Source: Bacilli bacterium
Lineage (GTDB): Bacteria; Bacillota_I; Bacilli_A; RFN20; CAG-631
Reading direction: 5' to 3'
Assembly: GCA_900754115.1 (NCBI GenBank)
Contig: CAAEBM010000055.1
Coordinates: 769-64,768, forward strand
DNA length: 64,000 nucleotides
Shown here piece after piece: positions 9,246-19,480 of the stretch (its first letter is position 1; every line of letters begins with the position of its first letter). The position numbers were made by a program, and so were the translations under genes. The notes below the pieces were generated by a model. The model worked only from the letters and a program-made list of their open reading frames with translations. It was not told the origin of the DNA and did no database searches.

Positions 9246-10929
9246 TAAATATCAAAAATGGTTGAAAAGTGATGCAGTAGAAGAATCATTAAAAAAAGAA
9301 TTGCAAGCCATGAACGACAAACAAATTTATGAAGCTTTTTATAAAGATTTAGAATTTGGCACGGGTGGAATGCGTGGAATAATGGGGCCTGGAACCAATA
9401 ATATGAATTCTATTGTGGTAAAAAAAGCCACGTATGGATTTGGATTATATTTATTACAAAAAAATCCTGAAACAGCACAAAAAGGAGTCGTTATCGCCCA
9501 TGATAATCGGCAAAATAGTGACCTATTTACACTAGAAGCAGCAAAAGTATTGGCAGCATTGGGAATAAAATCGTATATTTTTGATGATTTAAGGCCAACT
9601 CCTGAGTTATCTTTTGCCGTTCGATATTTAAAAGCGGCTGGAGGAATTATGATAACAGCTTCTCACAACCCTAAAGAATATAATGGGTATAAGATTTATA
9701 ACGAAGATGGATGTCAACTCATTTTGGAACAATCTAATCAAGTGCTTGAAAAAATCAATCAAATTGAAGACGAACTAAATATTTTGACTGTCAACCAAAG
9801 TCCTTTCATTCATGTGCTTTCAAAAGAAGTGGATGAAGCTTATTATCAAATGGTATTAGATACTCAAATTCGTAAAGAAATGGATCATTCTTCACTAAAA
9901 GTGGTGTATTCTCCTCAACACGGAACGGGATATGTACCTGTAATGGAAGTATTAAAAAGAGCAAATTATTCAGTTATTGATGTAAAAGAACAAGCCTATC
10001 CTAGCCCAACTTTTGAAAATACATTATCTCCTAATCCAGAAGAAAAAGATGCTTATGTGGCTGCTATTCAAGTGGCTAAGCAACATCAAGCAGATATTAT
10101 TTTGACAACAGACCCTGATTGTGACCGTGTGGGACTGGTTATACTTGATAAAAATAAAAAGCCCATTTATTTTACAGGAAACCAAACAGGTTCTCTTTTA
10201 ATGGATTATCTTTTACAATCTAAAAAAGAAAAAAATGAATTAACCATGCCTAGCATTGTCTATAATACCATCGTTACCTCACCATTAGGAATGAAAGTTG
10301 CTCGTTCTTTTGGTGTTTTATGTGAACAAACTTTAACGGGGTTTAAATATATTGGTGATAAAATTGCAAATGCTTTAAAAAATAATGGACCAACTTTTCA
10401 AATGGGATATGAAGAATCGTATGGTTATTTGTTCAATCCAAATGTCAGAGATAAGGATGGAGTGCAATCTGTTTTATTGATTTGTGAAATGGCTGCATAT
10501 TATAAAAATCAAGGCAAAAATTTAAGTGAAGTTTATGAGCAATTGCAACAACGTTTAGGATATCATGTGGAATCTCAATACGCTTATAAAGTAAGTGGCA
10601 GTGAAGGGTTAAAAGAAATTACCAAAATGATGGAAAAATTAAGACAAACGAAGTATGAAACCATTCAAGGTGAAAAAGTGACAACCATTGAAGATTATTT
10701 ATCTTTAACTTCTATTACCAATAATCAAGTTACTCCTTTAAATTATGAACAATCCAATGTGTTGAGATATTTGTTCTTAGATGGTTCCTTTATTGCCATT
10801 CGTCCTTCTGGAACAGAGCCAAAATGTAAATTTTATTTTGCTTTTTGTGGTAAAACAGCAAAAGAAGCACAAGAAAGACATGATAAAATGAAAGCATTTA
10901 TTTTATCAGAGATTAAAAATGGCTTATGA
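9232..10929 (+). CDS. Phosphoglucomutase / phosphomannomutase family protein (alpha-D-phosphohexomutase).
   Basis: GTGGMRG and active-site TASHNP motifs. Start placed at the ATG at 9232, 7 nt after the RBS aaaggagg. The track ORF from 9166 overlaps the rluA-like 3' end. Confidence 0.85.
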   Translation: MNAYDKYQKWLKSDAVEESLKKELQAMNDKQIYEAFYKDLEFGTGGMRGIMGPGTNNMNSIVVKKATYGFGLYLLQKNPETAQKGVVIAHDNRQNSDLFTLEAAKVLAALGIKSYIFDDLRPTPELSFAVRYLKAAGGIMITASHNPKEYNGYKIYNEDGCQLILEQSNQVLEKINQIEDELNILTVNQSPFIHVLSKEVDEAYYQMVLDTQIRKEMDHSSLKVVYSPQHGTGYVPVMEVLKRANYSVIDVKEQAYPSPTFENTLSPNPEEKDAYVAAIQVAKQHQADIILTTDPDCDRVGLVILDKNKKPIYFTGNQTGSLLMDYLLQSKKEKNELTMPSIVYNTIVTSPLGMKVARSFGVLCEQTLTGFKYIGDKIANALKNNGPTFQMGYEESYGYLFNPNVRDKDGVQSVLLICEMAAYYKNQGKNLSEVYEQLQQRLGYHVESQYAYKVSGSEGLKEITKMMEKLRQTKYETIQGEKVTTIEDYLSLTSITNNQVTPLNYEQSNVLRYLFLDGSFIAIRPSGTEPKCKFYFAFCGKTAKEAQERHDKMKAFILSEIKNGL

Positions 10930-11854
10930 ATATCAGGTAACGAATAAACGTTATCATACATTAGATTATTATTTAAAAACCAAATATGGGAAAAAAGTAT
11001 TTAAGCTTCCTTTAAATGCTTCTTTTAGTTGTCCAAATCGTGATGGAACAAAAGGAATTGGAGGATGTACTTTTTGTTCTAATAAAGGATCGGGGGATTT
11101 TGCTGGAAACCCACTTCATTCTTTAACTCAACAATATGAAGAAATGATTCGCGTCATGAAAAGAAAATGGCCAGATGCTTATTATATTGTTTATTTCCAA
11201 GCTTATACCAATACATATGGTTCTATTCAAAAATTAAAAGAAACGTTCGAACCCTTTATTGGAAAAGAAAATGTCATTGGAATGTCAATTGCCACTCGGC
11301 CAGATTGTATTAATGAAGAAATTGTGGATTATCTTAAAGACTTAAAGCAACATTTTTCAGAGTTTTGGATTGAGTTAGGATTACAGACTTCTTATGATAA
11401 AACTGCAAAGATTATCCATCGTTGTTACCCTTACTCTTGTTTTGAAAAGGCTGTGCAATTATTGCATAAAGCACAGATTCCAGTGGTTGTACATATTATT
11501 GATGGTTTACCCCATGAAACACCAAAAATGATGGTACAAACGATAAAAAAATTGAATAAATTGCCTATTTTTGGCATTAAAATTCATATGTTAAACATTT
11601 TAGAAGGAACTAAAATTGCAAAGGATTATGCCAATCAAAAATTTACATTATTATCTGAACAAGAATTTATTGATGTCGTCATCGAACAATTGCAACATCT
11701 AAAAGGATCTATTATCGTTCATCGCATTGGAGGAGATAGCGATGCGTTACAATTAATTGCACCTAAATGGATTATTAAAAAATTAAATGTTGTCAATCAA
11801 ATTGATAAAAAAATGGAAGAATTAGGTGTTTTTCAAGGAGATTTATTTGTTTAA
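10919..11854 (+). CDS. Radical SAM protein, TIGR01212 family.
   Basis: N-terminal FKLPLNASFSCPNRDGTKGIGGCTFC cysteine cluster, characteristic of TIGR01212. Confidence 0.8.
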   Translation: MAYEYQVTNKRYHTLDYYLKTKYGKKVFKLPLNASFSCPNRDGTKGIGGCTFCSNKGSGDFAGNPLHSLTQQYEEMIRVMKRKWPDAYYIVYFQAYTNTYGSIQKLKETFEPFIGKENVIGMSIATRPDCINEEIVDYLKDLKQHFSEFWIELGLQTSYDKTAKIIHRCYPYSCFEKAVQLLHKAQIPVVVHIIDGLPHETPKMMVQTIKKLNKLPIFGIKIHMLNILEGTKIAKDYANQKFTLLSEQEFIDVVIEQLQHLKGSIIVHRIGGDSDALQLIAPKWIIKKLNVVNQIDKKMEELGVFQGDLFV

Positions 11855-11862
11855 ATCTCCTT

Positions 11863-12648
11863 TTATTGAAAATCAGTTCCGGCAACAATCATTTCTGCAT
11901 TTTTATAACAAGCATAATAAGAAGGTATATTTGTAAAAGATTTTGCCTTTGAAGGGATTAAAGGAATTTGGTGCTTTAAAAGCAATAAAGACAGAGTTTT
12001 TAAATTTTTAACCATTTCACTATTCAAAGGATTATATCCTAATTTGCCCGTTTTTTCTTGACCTAAATGACCACCAAAATAAGTCCACTCATCAAAGGAA
12101 AAATCATAATGAGTAGTTAAATATTGAATAAAATTTTCGATGGATTGGGCATATTCAGATAAAGGAAGAGCTTCAAGCACTTGCATCCAAACCCCGCATC
12201 CTGATCCAAATTGGTCACCAGTAAATAAAAGATGTTCTTTTTCGTCGATAATGGTAACACTTCCTTTGGTATGACCAGGAGTTTTAATGATTTTGATTCG
12301 CCGATTTCCCAAATCAAATTCCATTTCATGAAATAAAGGACGAAGTTTGCTTAGATAGGGTTTCATGCCTTTTTGTCGATAAAGACAAGGTAAATCATCA
12401 AAATCTAAATAAACTTCATCAAATTCTTTTAAATGTCCACAATGGTCAGCATGACCATGTGTTAAAACCACAATTAATTCTTTGTTGGTAATGGTTTGTA
12501 TAACAGATAATAAGGAATCTTTTTTGGTCATTCCTAAATCAATGACCATTGCTTTTTTATCGCCAACGATGACATAAGTTGTACAAAGCAAATCATTATT
12601 AATACTAAATGTAGATGGTCGAATCATTTGAACTTGATATTTTTTCAA
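11863..12648 (-). CDS. MBL-fold metallo-hydrolase.
   Basis: HxHxDH motif (LTHGHADHCGH) plus downstream His/Asp ligands. Confidence 0.75.
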   Translation of the reverse strand: MKKYQVQMIRPSTFSINNDLLCTTYVIVGDKKAMVIDLGMTKKDSLLSVIQTITNKELIVVLTHGHADHCGHLKEFDEVYLDFDDLPCLYRQKGMKPYLSKLRPLFHEMEFDLGNRRIKIIKTPGHTKGSVTIIDEKEHLLFTGDQFGSGCGVWMQVLEALPLSEYAQSIENFIQYLTTHYDFSFDEWTYFGGHLGQEKTGKLGYNPLNSEMVKNLKTLSLLLLKHQIPLIPSKAKSFTNIPSYYACYKNAEMIVAGTDFQ

Positions 12649-12698
12649 AAAAGGTCCCTCCTTTTTTTTACATTATAACAAAAAAAGTAGTTTTTCAA

Positions 12699-13844
12699 CT
12701 ACTTCCAATTAGATTCTTTTTTATAAGCTTCTTGCACAATTTCTTCTAAAATGTCTTTTTGTTCAATCATTTGCTTGACTAAGTGAAATTGAGTTTTGCA
12801 GCGAACCAGATTATGTTCATCATATTTTGTCTTAAAATAATGGTCTCCATCTAAATAATCTGTCAAAAAGCGCATACCACATTCAAAAGTCATTAAAATA
12901 GCACTATCAACTAAATGTTGAACTTCGCATTCTGTAATACTACTTGCCACTGAAGATAAATAGCCTTCTGTAAAAGATTTGAATAAATCAACAGAAAAAC
13001 GCACTTTTTCTAGATTTTTTTCATCTTCTTCTGCGCGATTACATCCTGAACGAATGGCATCTCCAAAGTCATAAAGAATGGTCCCAGGCATAACAGTATC
13101 TAAATCAACTAAACATAATCCTTCTTTTGTTTCACAATCAAACATGATGTTATTTAGTTTGGTATCATTGTGAGTGACTTTAATGGGAATCATATTTTTC
13201 TCAATTAAAGAAGTAATGGCAGAAGTGAAATCTTTTAAATGCAAGACAAATTGAATTTCTTCCTCACAATTTTTTGCTCGATCACAAGGATTTTCTTTTA
13301 AAATTCTTAAGAAAGTTTGGAATCGGTAAGGAGTGTTATGAAAATTAGGAATGGTTTCGTGAAGTTGAGAAGCATCAAAATCAGAAAGCATATTTTGGAA
13401 CGTTCCTACTGTTTTTCCAGCATTATAAAATAATTTTAAATCATTTGTTTTTTGATAAGTTTTTGCATTTTCAATGAAATTATAAACTCTGAAAAAGTGA
13501 TTTTTACTTGAAATCATATAAGAGTGATGATCAATTGTTTTTAAAACTTTCAAAGAAAGATTTTCATAGTTTTTTGCACCCGAAAGACGTACTTTTTCTC
13601 CTAAAAAAGTAGTGATTTTTTCAATGTTTTCCATTAATTGAATCGGATTTTTAAACACATTCGTGTTGATTTCTTGTAATAGATACCTTTTTACTGAACT
13701 CCCATGATCAAAGTATAAAGTATAGGTACTATTAATATGACCAATTTTAATTTGTTTTATATTGACATAAGAAGCAGCATCAAAACCATAATTTGCAAAA
13801 ACTTCTTGTAAATCTTTTTTTAATATCATTTGTTTTACCTCCAA
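12699..13844 (-). CDS. APH-fold sugar kinase resembling N-acetylhexosamine 1-kinase (NahK).
   Basis: Brenner motif HNDTKLNN and the Mg-binding DLDTV motif. N-terminal GHINSTYTLY and FRVYNFIEN segments match NahK-type kinases as recalled from memory. 381 aa. Confidence 0.6.
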   Translation of the reverse strand: MEVKQMILKKDLQEVFANYGFDAASYVNIKQIKIGHINSTYTLYFDHGSSVKRYLLQEINTNVFKNPIQLMENIEKITTFLGEKVRLSGAKNYENLSLKVLKTIDHHSYMISSKNHFFRVYNFIENAKTYQKTNDLKLFYNAGKTVGTFQNMLSDFDASQLHETIPNFHNTPYRFQTFLRILKENPCDRAKNCEEEIQFVLHLKDFTSAITSLIEKNMIPIKVTHNDTKLNNIMFDCETKEGLCLVDLDTVMPGTILYDFGDAIRSGCNRAEEDEKNLEKVRFSVDLFKSFTEGYLSSVASSITECEVQHLVDSAILMTFECGMRFLTDYLDGDHYFKTKYDEHNLVRCKTQFHLVKQMIEQKDILEEIVQEAYKKESNWK

Positions 13845-13904
13845 TGATTGGGTGGAAATCTATTCCGTACAACTTATAATATGTCATATGTATAAAAAAT
13901 GCAA

Positions 13905-14804
13905 TTATCTTTTTGTTTGAAATAAACTTTTTGTATAAAGAATTAATTCTTGCTGTTCTTTCCATGCTTTTTTAGAAAGTTTTTGTTTTTTGGGATATCC
14001 TGAAATATGAAATAAGCCTCGGGGTCCAAAAAGATCGCCATTGTTTATTGATGAAGTAGCTGCTAAAATTGTAGATAAAGCACCTTTTTGTGCAGAATGC
14101 ATGAATAAATGTAAAAAAGCATTTCCACATTTAGCAAAAGTTTTTGAAACGCCACCACGTTGAGGATCTAATAAATTGGTATAACAAATTCCTGGATGCG
14201 CAGCGACAATTTTTAATGGAGATTGCAAAGATAAAAAAGTAAAATAACGAGATAGAGCCAATTTGGAATTAGCATAAACTTTTGTGTGACGATACTTATT
14301 GAGACTGAAAAAATCGTCATAATTGATTTTACCCCATTTGTGAGCAATTGAAGTGGTAAATACAATTCTTTCTTTAATATAAGGGAGTAATGTCTCATTT
14401 AATAAATAAGTTCCTAAATAATTTGTCGCCATGACGGTTTCAAAATGATCTTTTGTCCATGATTTTTTCAAATGATATACGCCAGCATTATGGATGATAA
14501 TATCAATTTGGCGATATTCTTTAATGATATAAGCGACAAAATTTTGAATACTTTCATTTGAAGCTAAATTTAATTGCAACACGTGAATATTGGCATGAGG
14601 AAATTGTTGCAGTAATTCGCTTTTTGCTTTTTTTGCTTTATTTAAATCCCTACAAGCCATAATGACTGTGGCATTTTTATAGGCTAAATAACCGGCTACT
14701 TGTAAACCAATTCCAGAATTGGCACCAGTTACGATAATTTTTTTATTGGTTAAATCATCTACATGAGCATCTACCCAATGCAGATATTTTTGTTTTATAC
14801 TCAT
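13905..14804 (-). CDS. Short-chain dehydrogenase/reductase (SDR) family oxidoreductase.
   Basis: TGANSGIG cofactor motif, NAG motif and the YxxxK catalytic pair. Start moved to the ATG at 14804 (MSIKQ), which has a ggag RBS. The track extension is hydrophobic, low-complexity sequence. Confidence 0.85.
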   Translation of the reverse strand: MSIKQKYLHWVDAHVDDLTNKKIIVTGANSGIGLQVAGYLAYKNATVIMACRDLNKAKKAKSELLQQFPHANIHVLQLNLASNESIQNFVAYIIKEYRQIDIIIHNAGVYHLKKSWTKDHFETVMATNYLGTYLLNETLLPYIKERIVFTTSIAHKWGKINYDDFFSLNKYRHTKVYANSKLALSRYFTFLSLQSPLKIVAAHPGICYTNLLDPQRGGVSKTFAKCGNAFLHLFMHSAQKGALSTILAATSSINNGDLFGPRGLFHISGYPKKQKLSKKAWKEQQELILYTKSLFQTKR

Positions 14805-14859
14805 TTTTTTCACTCCGGCTTTTATTATAAAGAAAAAAATGATGAATTTCATCATTTTT

Positions 14860-15198
14860 TTAATCTTTGTAATTACTATCAATCGTATTATTATGAGCAA
14901 CATCAATTCCTAAAGGATTTAATATGTCTAATAATTCATATAAAGCATACCCATCCATTTCAACTTTTTCATAATCATCGACAAAACAAACTGCTCCTTG
15001 TTGTACGATTTTTTGCATTTGTTTTTGAATTCTTTTTTGCTCTTTTTCACTTTGTTGAGATAAAAAGAAATCATAAGAGGTTTTAAAAGCCAATTCATAT
15101 CGATAAGAACCACAATGAGGACAATGCACTTCTTCTAATAATAAACTAATGGATTGAGTTGGGACTTCTTGATTACAAATTAAACATTTTTTATTCAT
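14860..15198 (-). CDS. Zinc-ribbon protein, hypothetical.
   Basis: CxxC...CxxC (CLICNQ...CPHCG) in a 112-aa ORF. It is tightly packed between the SDR gene and nagB. Confidence 0.45.
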   Translation of the reverse strand: MNKKCLICNQEVPTQSISLLLEEVHCPHCGSYRYELAFKTSYDFFLSQQSEKEQKRIQKQMQKIVQQGAVCFVDDYEKVEMDGYALYELLDILNPLGIDVAHNNTIDSNYKD

Positions 15199-15200
15199 AA

Positions 15201-15917
15201 TTACTTTAATAAAGAAGCAGCGGCTTCGTCAACATAAATGGTTGCATCAGGATGATTTTTTAAAACACTTGCAGGAAGAGAAACATTTACATCGTTTTCT
15301 ACCAATGCTTGAATTGCTTTTGCTTTATTTTGACCCGTAGCAATTAAAACAATTTTTTTAGCTTTTAAAATTGATGCCAAACCCATACTAACAGCATGTG
15401 TAGGAACTTCTTCCATACTATTAAAGAAACGAGCGTTATCTTTTCGTGTAGATTCTTTTAATTCAACGATGTGAGTGAAGGAATCAAGGGGGGTTCCTGG
15501 CTCGTTAAAAGCAATATGTCCATTAGAACCAATTCCTAGAATTTGTAAGTCAATTCCTCCAGCCTTTTGTATTTTAGTATCATAATTAGTGACTTCTTCC
15601 ATATTTAAACCTGAAGGGACATGGGTATTTTTTTTATCAATGTCAATATGGTTGAAAAGATTATGGTTCATAAAATAACGATAAGATTGTGGATGGTCTT
15701 CTGATAAGCCGACATATTCATCCAAATTAAAGGTAGTGACATCTTTAAAAGAAACTTGATGATTATTGCAAGCTTGAACTAATCGTTGATAAACACCTAA
15801 AGGACTAGAACCAGTAGCTAAACCAAGAACGCAATGGGGGTTATTTTGAATGGTTTGAATAAAAATATTAGCGACTTCTTCGTCGATTTGTTTAGAATTC
15901 ATAATTTTAATTTCCAT
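15201..15917 (-). CDS. nagB: Glucosamine-6-phosphate deaminase.
   Basis: LGLATGSSPLGVY motif and the NagB-fold active site HIAFNEPG. 238 aa. Confidence 0.92.
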   Translation of the reverse strand: MEIKIMNSKQIDEEVANIFIQTIQNNPHCVLGLATGSSPLGVYQRLVQACNNHQVSFKDVTTFNLDEYVGLSEDHPQSYRYFMNHNLFNHIDIDKKNTHVPSGLNMEEVTNYDTKIQKAGGIDLQILGIGSNGHIAFNEPGTPLDSFTHIVELKESTRKDNARFFNSMEEVPTHAVSMGLASILKAKKIVLIATGQNKAKAIQALVENDVNVSLPASVLKNHPDATIYVDEAAASLLK

Positions 15918-15957
15918 GATTGTTACCTTCTTTCCGTAATTTATTATATACCTTTTT

Positions 15958-17943
15958 TTATTTTTTTGTTGCTTGATATTGTTGAATTTGTAAAATTGTT
16001 AATAAATTTTGACTTTGTTTTACAAAAGCAGCATATGATTTTCCTTTTAAATATTGAGTTGCAACAGAACAAAAAGACTTTAAAGCGATGATTGCATCAT
16101 TTAAGGAAGTGATATTTATCATTTTTTTTAATTCTTTTAAGAAATCATCTTTGTTCAAACATTCTTGATTTTTTTCAAAATAGGGCATTTTTTGTAATAA
16201 TTCTTGTTGATAAGCTTTTAATAAAAGAGAAACATCTTGATGAGGTGAAACAGAAGGATTCCGATTTGGTCCTAACTTTAATACTTCTTGTACTGATTTT
16301 GAATTTAAAATATCTGGTAAAGAAAAGATAGCATATCCTTGTGCATGATTTTGGATACATGCTTCAATTTGATAAACATTCATCATACTTGAAACACCTT
16401 CATAATTAGGAGAAATTCCTGTATAACTGAAAGCTTTATTATCATTAAATGTGACTAAATGTTTTGTTGCGTTTTCTATTTCACTAGTTCCAAAATAGTA
16501 AGCCATTGGTAAAGTGATATCAATCCAGCCTTTTTTGACCCATTGTACCCAATCTTGCATTTTATTTTTAATCGCATATTCTGTTTCAGGAACAACGGCC
16601 ATTGAAATTTTACATTGAGGACGAATTTGACGAACTAAAGAGACGACTTCTTGCACAAGCAAGGTAATTTTATCACAACGATATTGAATCCATTGATTGT
16701 TAATTGCTGGTTGTTTTACAAGTTCTCTAACATCTTCTTTGCAATCATAGCCATATCGTTTTTTAAATTCCTTCATGGCATAATCGCTATATCCATTACT
16801 AGTATTAATGTCTAGATTTCCATTAGGATAACGGACATAATCAATATGGAAACCATCAAATTCATAATTTGTTAACAATTCTTTATAAATAGATAAAACG
16901 TATTCATGAACCTTAGGATTGGCAGGGTCTAAAAAGATAAAGCCATTTTCCATGATTTCACTATTTCCATCAGCAGGACCTTGTATAGTAGAGCCATCAT
17001 AATTGACCATGCGGAAATCTTGAGGGTAGTTTTTATCAAAGCGAATGTGTTCTCCTACAAAAAAGTTTTCTACCCAAGCGTGCACTTCAATGTTTCTTTG
17101 ATGAGCTTCACTGATAAGGGCTTTTAAATAGTCTTTTCCATAAGGACCAAAGTCTCCATCTTTGACTTCTTCATTTGTACCGGTAATAGTTGAAATTCCC
17201 GGGATATCTCCGTTATAAAAACTTTCTACATATAAAGTGTTTAAATGACACGCTTGCATGACATTTAAGATGTGTTTTAAATCGGAAAGATTTTTTTCAT
17301 TAGGACGATACCAAACGCCTCTTGATTCAATGCTTGAACTTTCTGTTGTTAAACAATAAATCAAAGCGATTTGATTTAAAATGGCTTCTTTTTCAGTTAA
17401 AAAATCATTTATATTTTCTTCATGAACTTTCATTTTTAACATGTGATTAAATTTTAAGCGAATTTCATCTAGTGTTTTGCTAACTAAGTTTCGATCAAAT
17501 AATAATACAGAATCAAAAGCATCTGTTACACGTTTTTCAATTTCTTGTACTTTAATTTTTAATGAATAAAGTGTAGAAACAACTAAATCCATGTAAACAT
17601 AAAGCACTTTTTGTTTCGCATCATAAGCAACTTTGGTTCCAAGTTCAATATTTTTCAAAATGAAATCATGTCCTTTAGAATTTCCACTAATGACATAGCC
17701 ATTTTTAGGAATTTGTACCCGGTCACTTAGTTCAATGACAATGCCTTCATGATTGACTGCTGCTTCAAAACCCCATGGATTGGTTCCCGTTTTATTATCT
17801 AGGGTTTTATAAGGATAATCATAGGTATAAATATTGAGTTGATCTTGTCCACGAAAAGCCGGAGCAAAAGATGCTTTTGGATTCGTTTTTTCTGTTGGAT
17901 TAATAAAGTCAATGGGATAAGTTATTTCTTTTTTGTATTCCAT
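15958..17943 (-). CDS. TIM-barrel glycoside hydrolase-like protein (GHL10/DUF4015, YddW/DigH-like). It has no signal peptide and is predicted cytoplasmic.
   Basis: IEVHAW, FDGFHIDYVRYP and WIDITLPMAYY segments fit the GHL10 beta-strand signatures. 661 aa. The N-terminus is not hydrophobic. Confidence 0.55.
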   Translation of the reverse strand: MEYKKEITYPIDFINPTEKTNPKASFAPAFRGQDQLNIYTYDYPYKTLDNKTGTNPWGFEAAVNHEGIVIELSDRVQIPKNGYVISGNSKGHDFILKNIELGTKVAYDAKQKVLYVYMDLVVSTLYSLKIKVQEIEKRVTDAFDSVLLFDRNLVSKTLDEIRLKFNHMLKMKVHEENINDFLTEKEAILNQIALIYCLTTESSSIESRGVWYRPNEKNLSDLKHILNVMQACHLNTLYVESFYNGDIPGISTITGTNEEVKDGDFGPYGKDYLKALISEAHQRNIEVHAWVENFFVGEHIRFDKNYPQDFRMVNYDGSTIQGPADGNSEIMENGFIFLDPANPKVHEYVLSIYKELLTNYEFDGFHIDYVRYPNGNLDINTSNGYSDYAMKEFKKRYGYDCKEDVRELVKQPAINNQWIQYRCDKITLLVQEVVSLVRQIRPQCKISMAVVPETEYAIKNKMQDWVQWVKKGWIDITLPMAYYFGTSEIENATKHLVTFNDNKAFSYTGISPNYEGVSSMMNVYQIEACIQNHAQGYAIFSLPDILNSKSVQEVLKLGPNRNPSVSPHQDVSLLLKAYQQELLQKMPYFEKNQECLNKDDFLKELKKMINITSLNDAIIALKSFCSVATQYLKGKSYAAFVKQSQNLLTILQIQQYQATKK

Positions 17944-18087
17944 ATATATTCTCCTATTTTCTATTTCAACTTCATGGTATACTAAAAAAAATAGAATAGC
18001 AATAAACTTTCATACTATTTTTAAAAAAATATAAAAAAAAGAAGAAGAAGTGTTATAATAGAAAATACAAGTAAAGGAGAGAGAAAT

Positions 18088-19479
18088 ATGCTTAGTAAAC
18101 AAAAAGCGAAAAAAATTCTAGAAATTACTTTAGAAACAGGTGCTGATTTTGGGGAATTATTTTTTGAAGACACCAAAAATTCAAGTATGCATCTAGAAAA
18201 TGGGATTGTTTCCAAAGTGAATAGTGGAAATGAATTTGGATGTGGAATTCGCATTTTAAAGAAAGATAAGTGTGTTTATGGATATACCAATGATTGCTCC
18301 ATGGCAAGTTTAATGAAATTGGCTAATACATTAAAGGATAGTTTTGATGGCAAAAAAGAATATGAGGTTCAACCTTTAAGACATGTAAAAAGTGATAAAA
18401 AACACTTGCCTCAAATCCCTTATGATCAAGTTTCTTTACAAGAACAATTAGACTTATTGAAAAAAGGATATCAAGCTGCCAAAAACTTTGATGAAAGAAT
18501 TGCAAAAGTAGATGTACTTTTTTCAACGACTGATCAAAAAGTAACAATTTTTAATACAGATGGAAAAATAGTTACCGATACGCGTTGTAGAGGCCGACTT
18601 TATTTAACAGCCATTGCAAAAGATAAGGATCAAATGCAAGCGCAAGGTGTGGGACCAGGAGCCCAAAAAGGATTTGAATTTTTTAAAGATGAGATTGACA
18701 TTGAACAACTTGCTAAAGACACTGCAAAATCTGCTATTGTCATGTTAGAAGCAGAAGAATGCCCAGCAAAAGTAATGCCTGTTATTATTGATAATGGGTT
18801 TGGAGGCGTTATTTTCCATGAAGCCTGTGGTCATCCATTAGAAGCTTCAGCCGTATCAAGAAATTTATCCATTTTTACTGGAAAAATGGGAACAAAAATT
18901 GCAAGTGATATCGTTACAGCAATTGATGATGGCACTATCGAAGGAGGATGGGGTTCTGCTAACTTTGATGATGAAGGAAATAAAACTTCTAGAAATGTTT
19001 TAATTAAAAATGGTGTTTTACAAAACTATTTGATTGATAACTTTAATGGACGAGCAATGAATAAAAAAGGAAATGGAGCTTGTCGTAGAGAATCTTATAA
19101 ATATGAACCAACTTCAAGAATGTCCAATACTTTTATTGATAATGGTCAATCCACATTTGAAGAAATTATTGCAAGTACGAAATATGGTTTGTATGCAAAA
19201 CAATTAGGTGGAGGTAGTGTAAATCCAGCAACTGGTGATTTTAATTTTGCTGTAAGTGAAGGATACATCGTTCAAGATGGTAAAATTGCTTATCCTGTAA
19301 AAGGAGCCACTTTAATTGGAAATGGGGCAAATGTCTTATTAAAAATTGATATGGTTGCAAACAATTTAAAACGTGCGCAAGGAATTTGTGGGGCTTCAAG
19401 TGGAAGCATCCCTGCAGATGTGGGACAACCTACGATTCGAGTCTCAAGTATGACCGTTGGTGGAAGAGGAGGAAACTAA
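18088..19479 (+). CDS. tldD: Metalloprotease TldD.
   Basis: HEACGHPLE zinc-binding motif and the GxC...GG C-terminal signature. 463 aa. Confidence 0.9.
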   Translation: MLSKQKAKKILEITLETGADFGELFFEDTKNSSMHLENGIVSKVNSGNEFGCGIRILKKDKCVYGYTNDCSMASLMKLANTLKDSFDGKKEYEVQPLRHVKSDKKHLPQIPYDQVSLQEQLDLLKKGYQAAKNFDERIAKVDVLFSTTDQKVTIFNTDGKIVTDTRCRGRLYLTAIAKDKDQMQAQGVGPGAQKGFEFFKDEIDIEQLAKDTAKSAIVMLEAEECPAKVMPVIIDNGFGGVIFHEACGHPLEASAVSRNLSIFTGKMGTKIASDIVTAIDDGTIEGGWGSANFDDEGNKTSRNVLIKNGVLQNYLIDNFNGRAMNKKGNGACRRESYKYEPTSRMSNTFIDNGQSTFEEIIASTKYGLYAKQLGGGSVNPATGDFNFAVSEGYIVQDGKIAYPVKGATLIGNGANVLLKIDMVANNLKRAQGICGASSGSIPADVGQPTIRVSSMTVGGRGGN

Positions 19480-19480
19480 A

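Noticed and set aside
12117-16360. Small ORFs 12117-12329, 13780-13965, 14213-14398, 14763-15086, 14928-15113, 15834-16091 and 16175-16360
   Set aside because: All overlap longer CDS with clear motifs (MBL, kinase, SDR, nagB, GHL10) in other frames or strands. They are typical AT-rich shadow ORFs.
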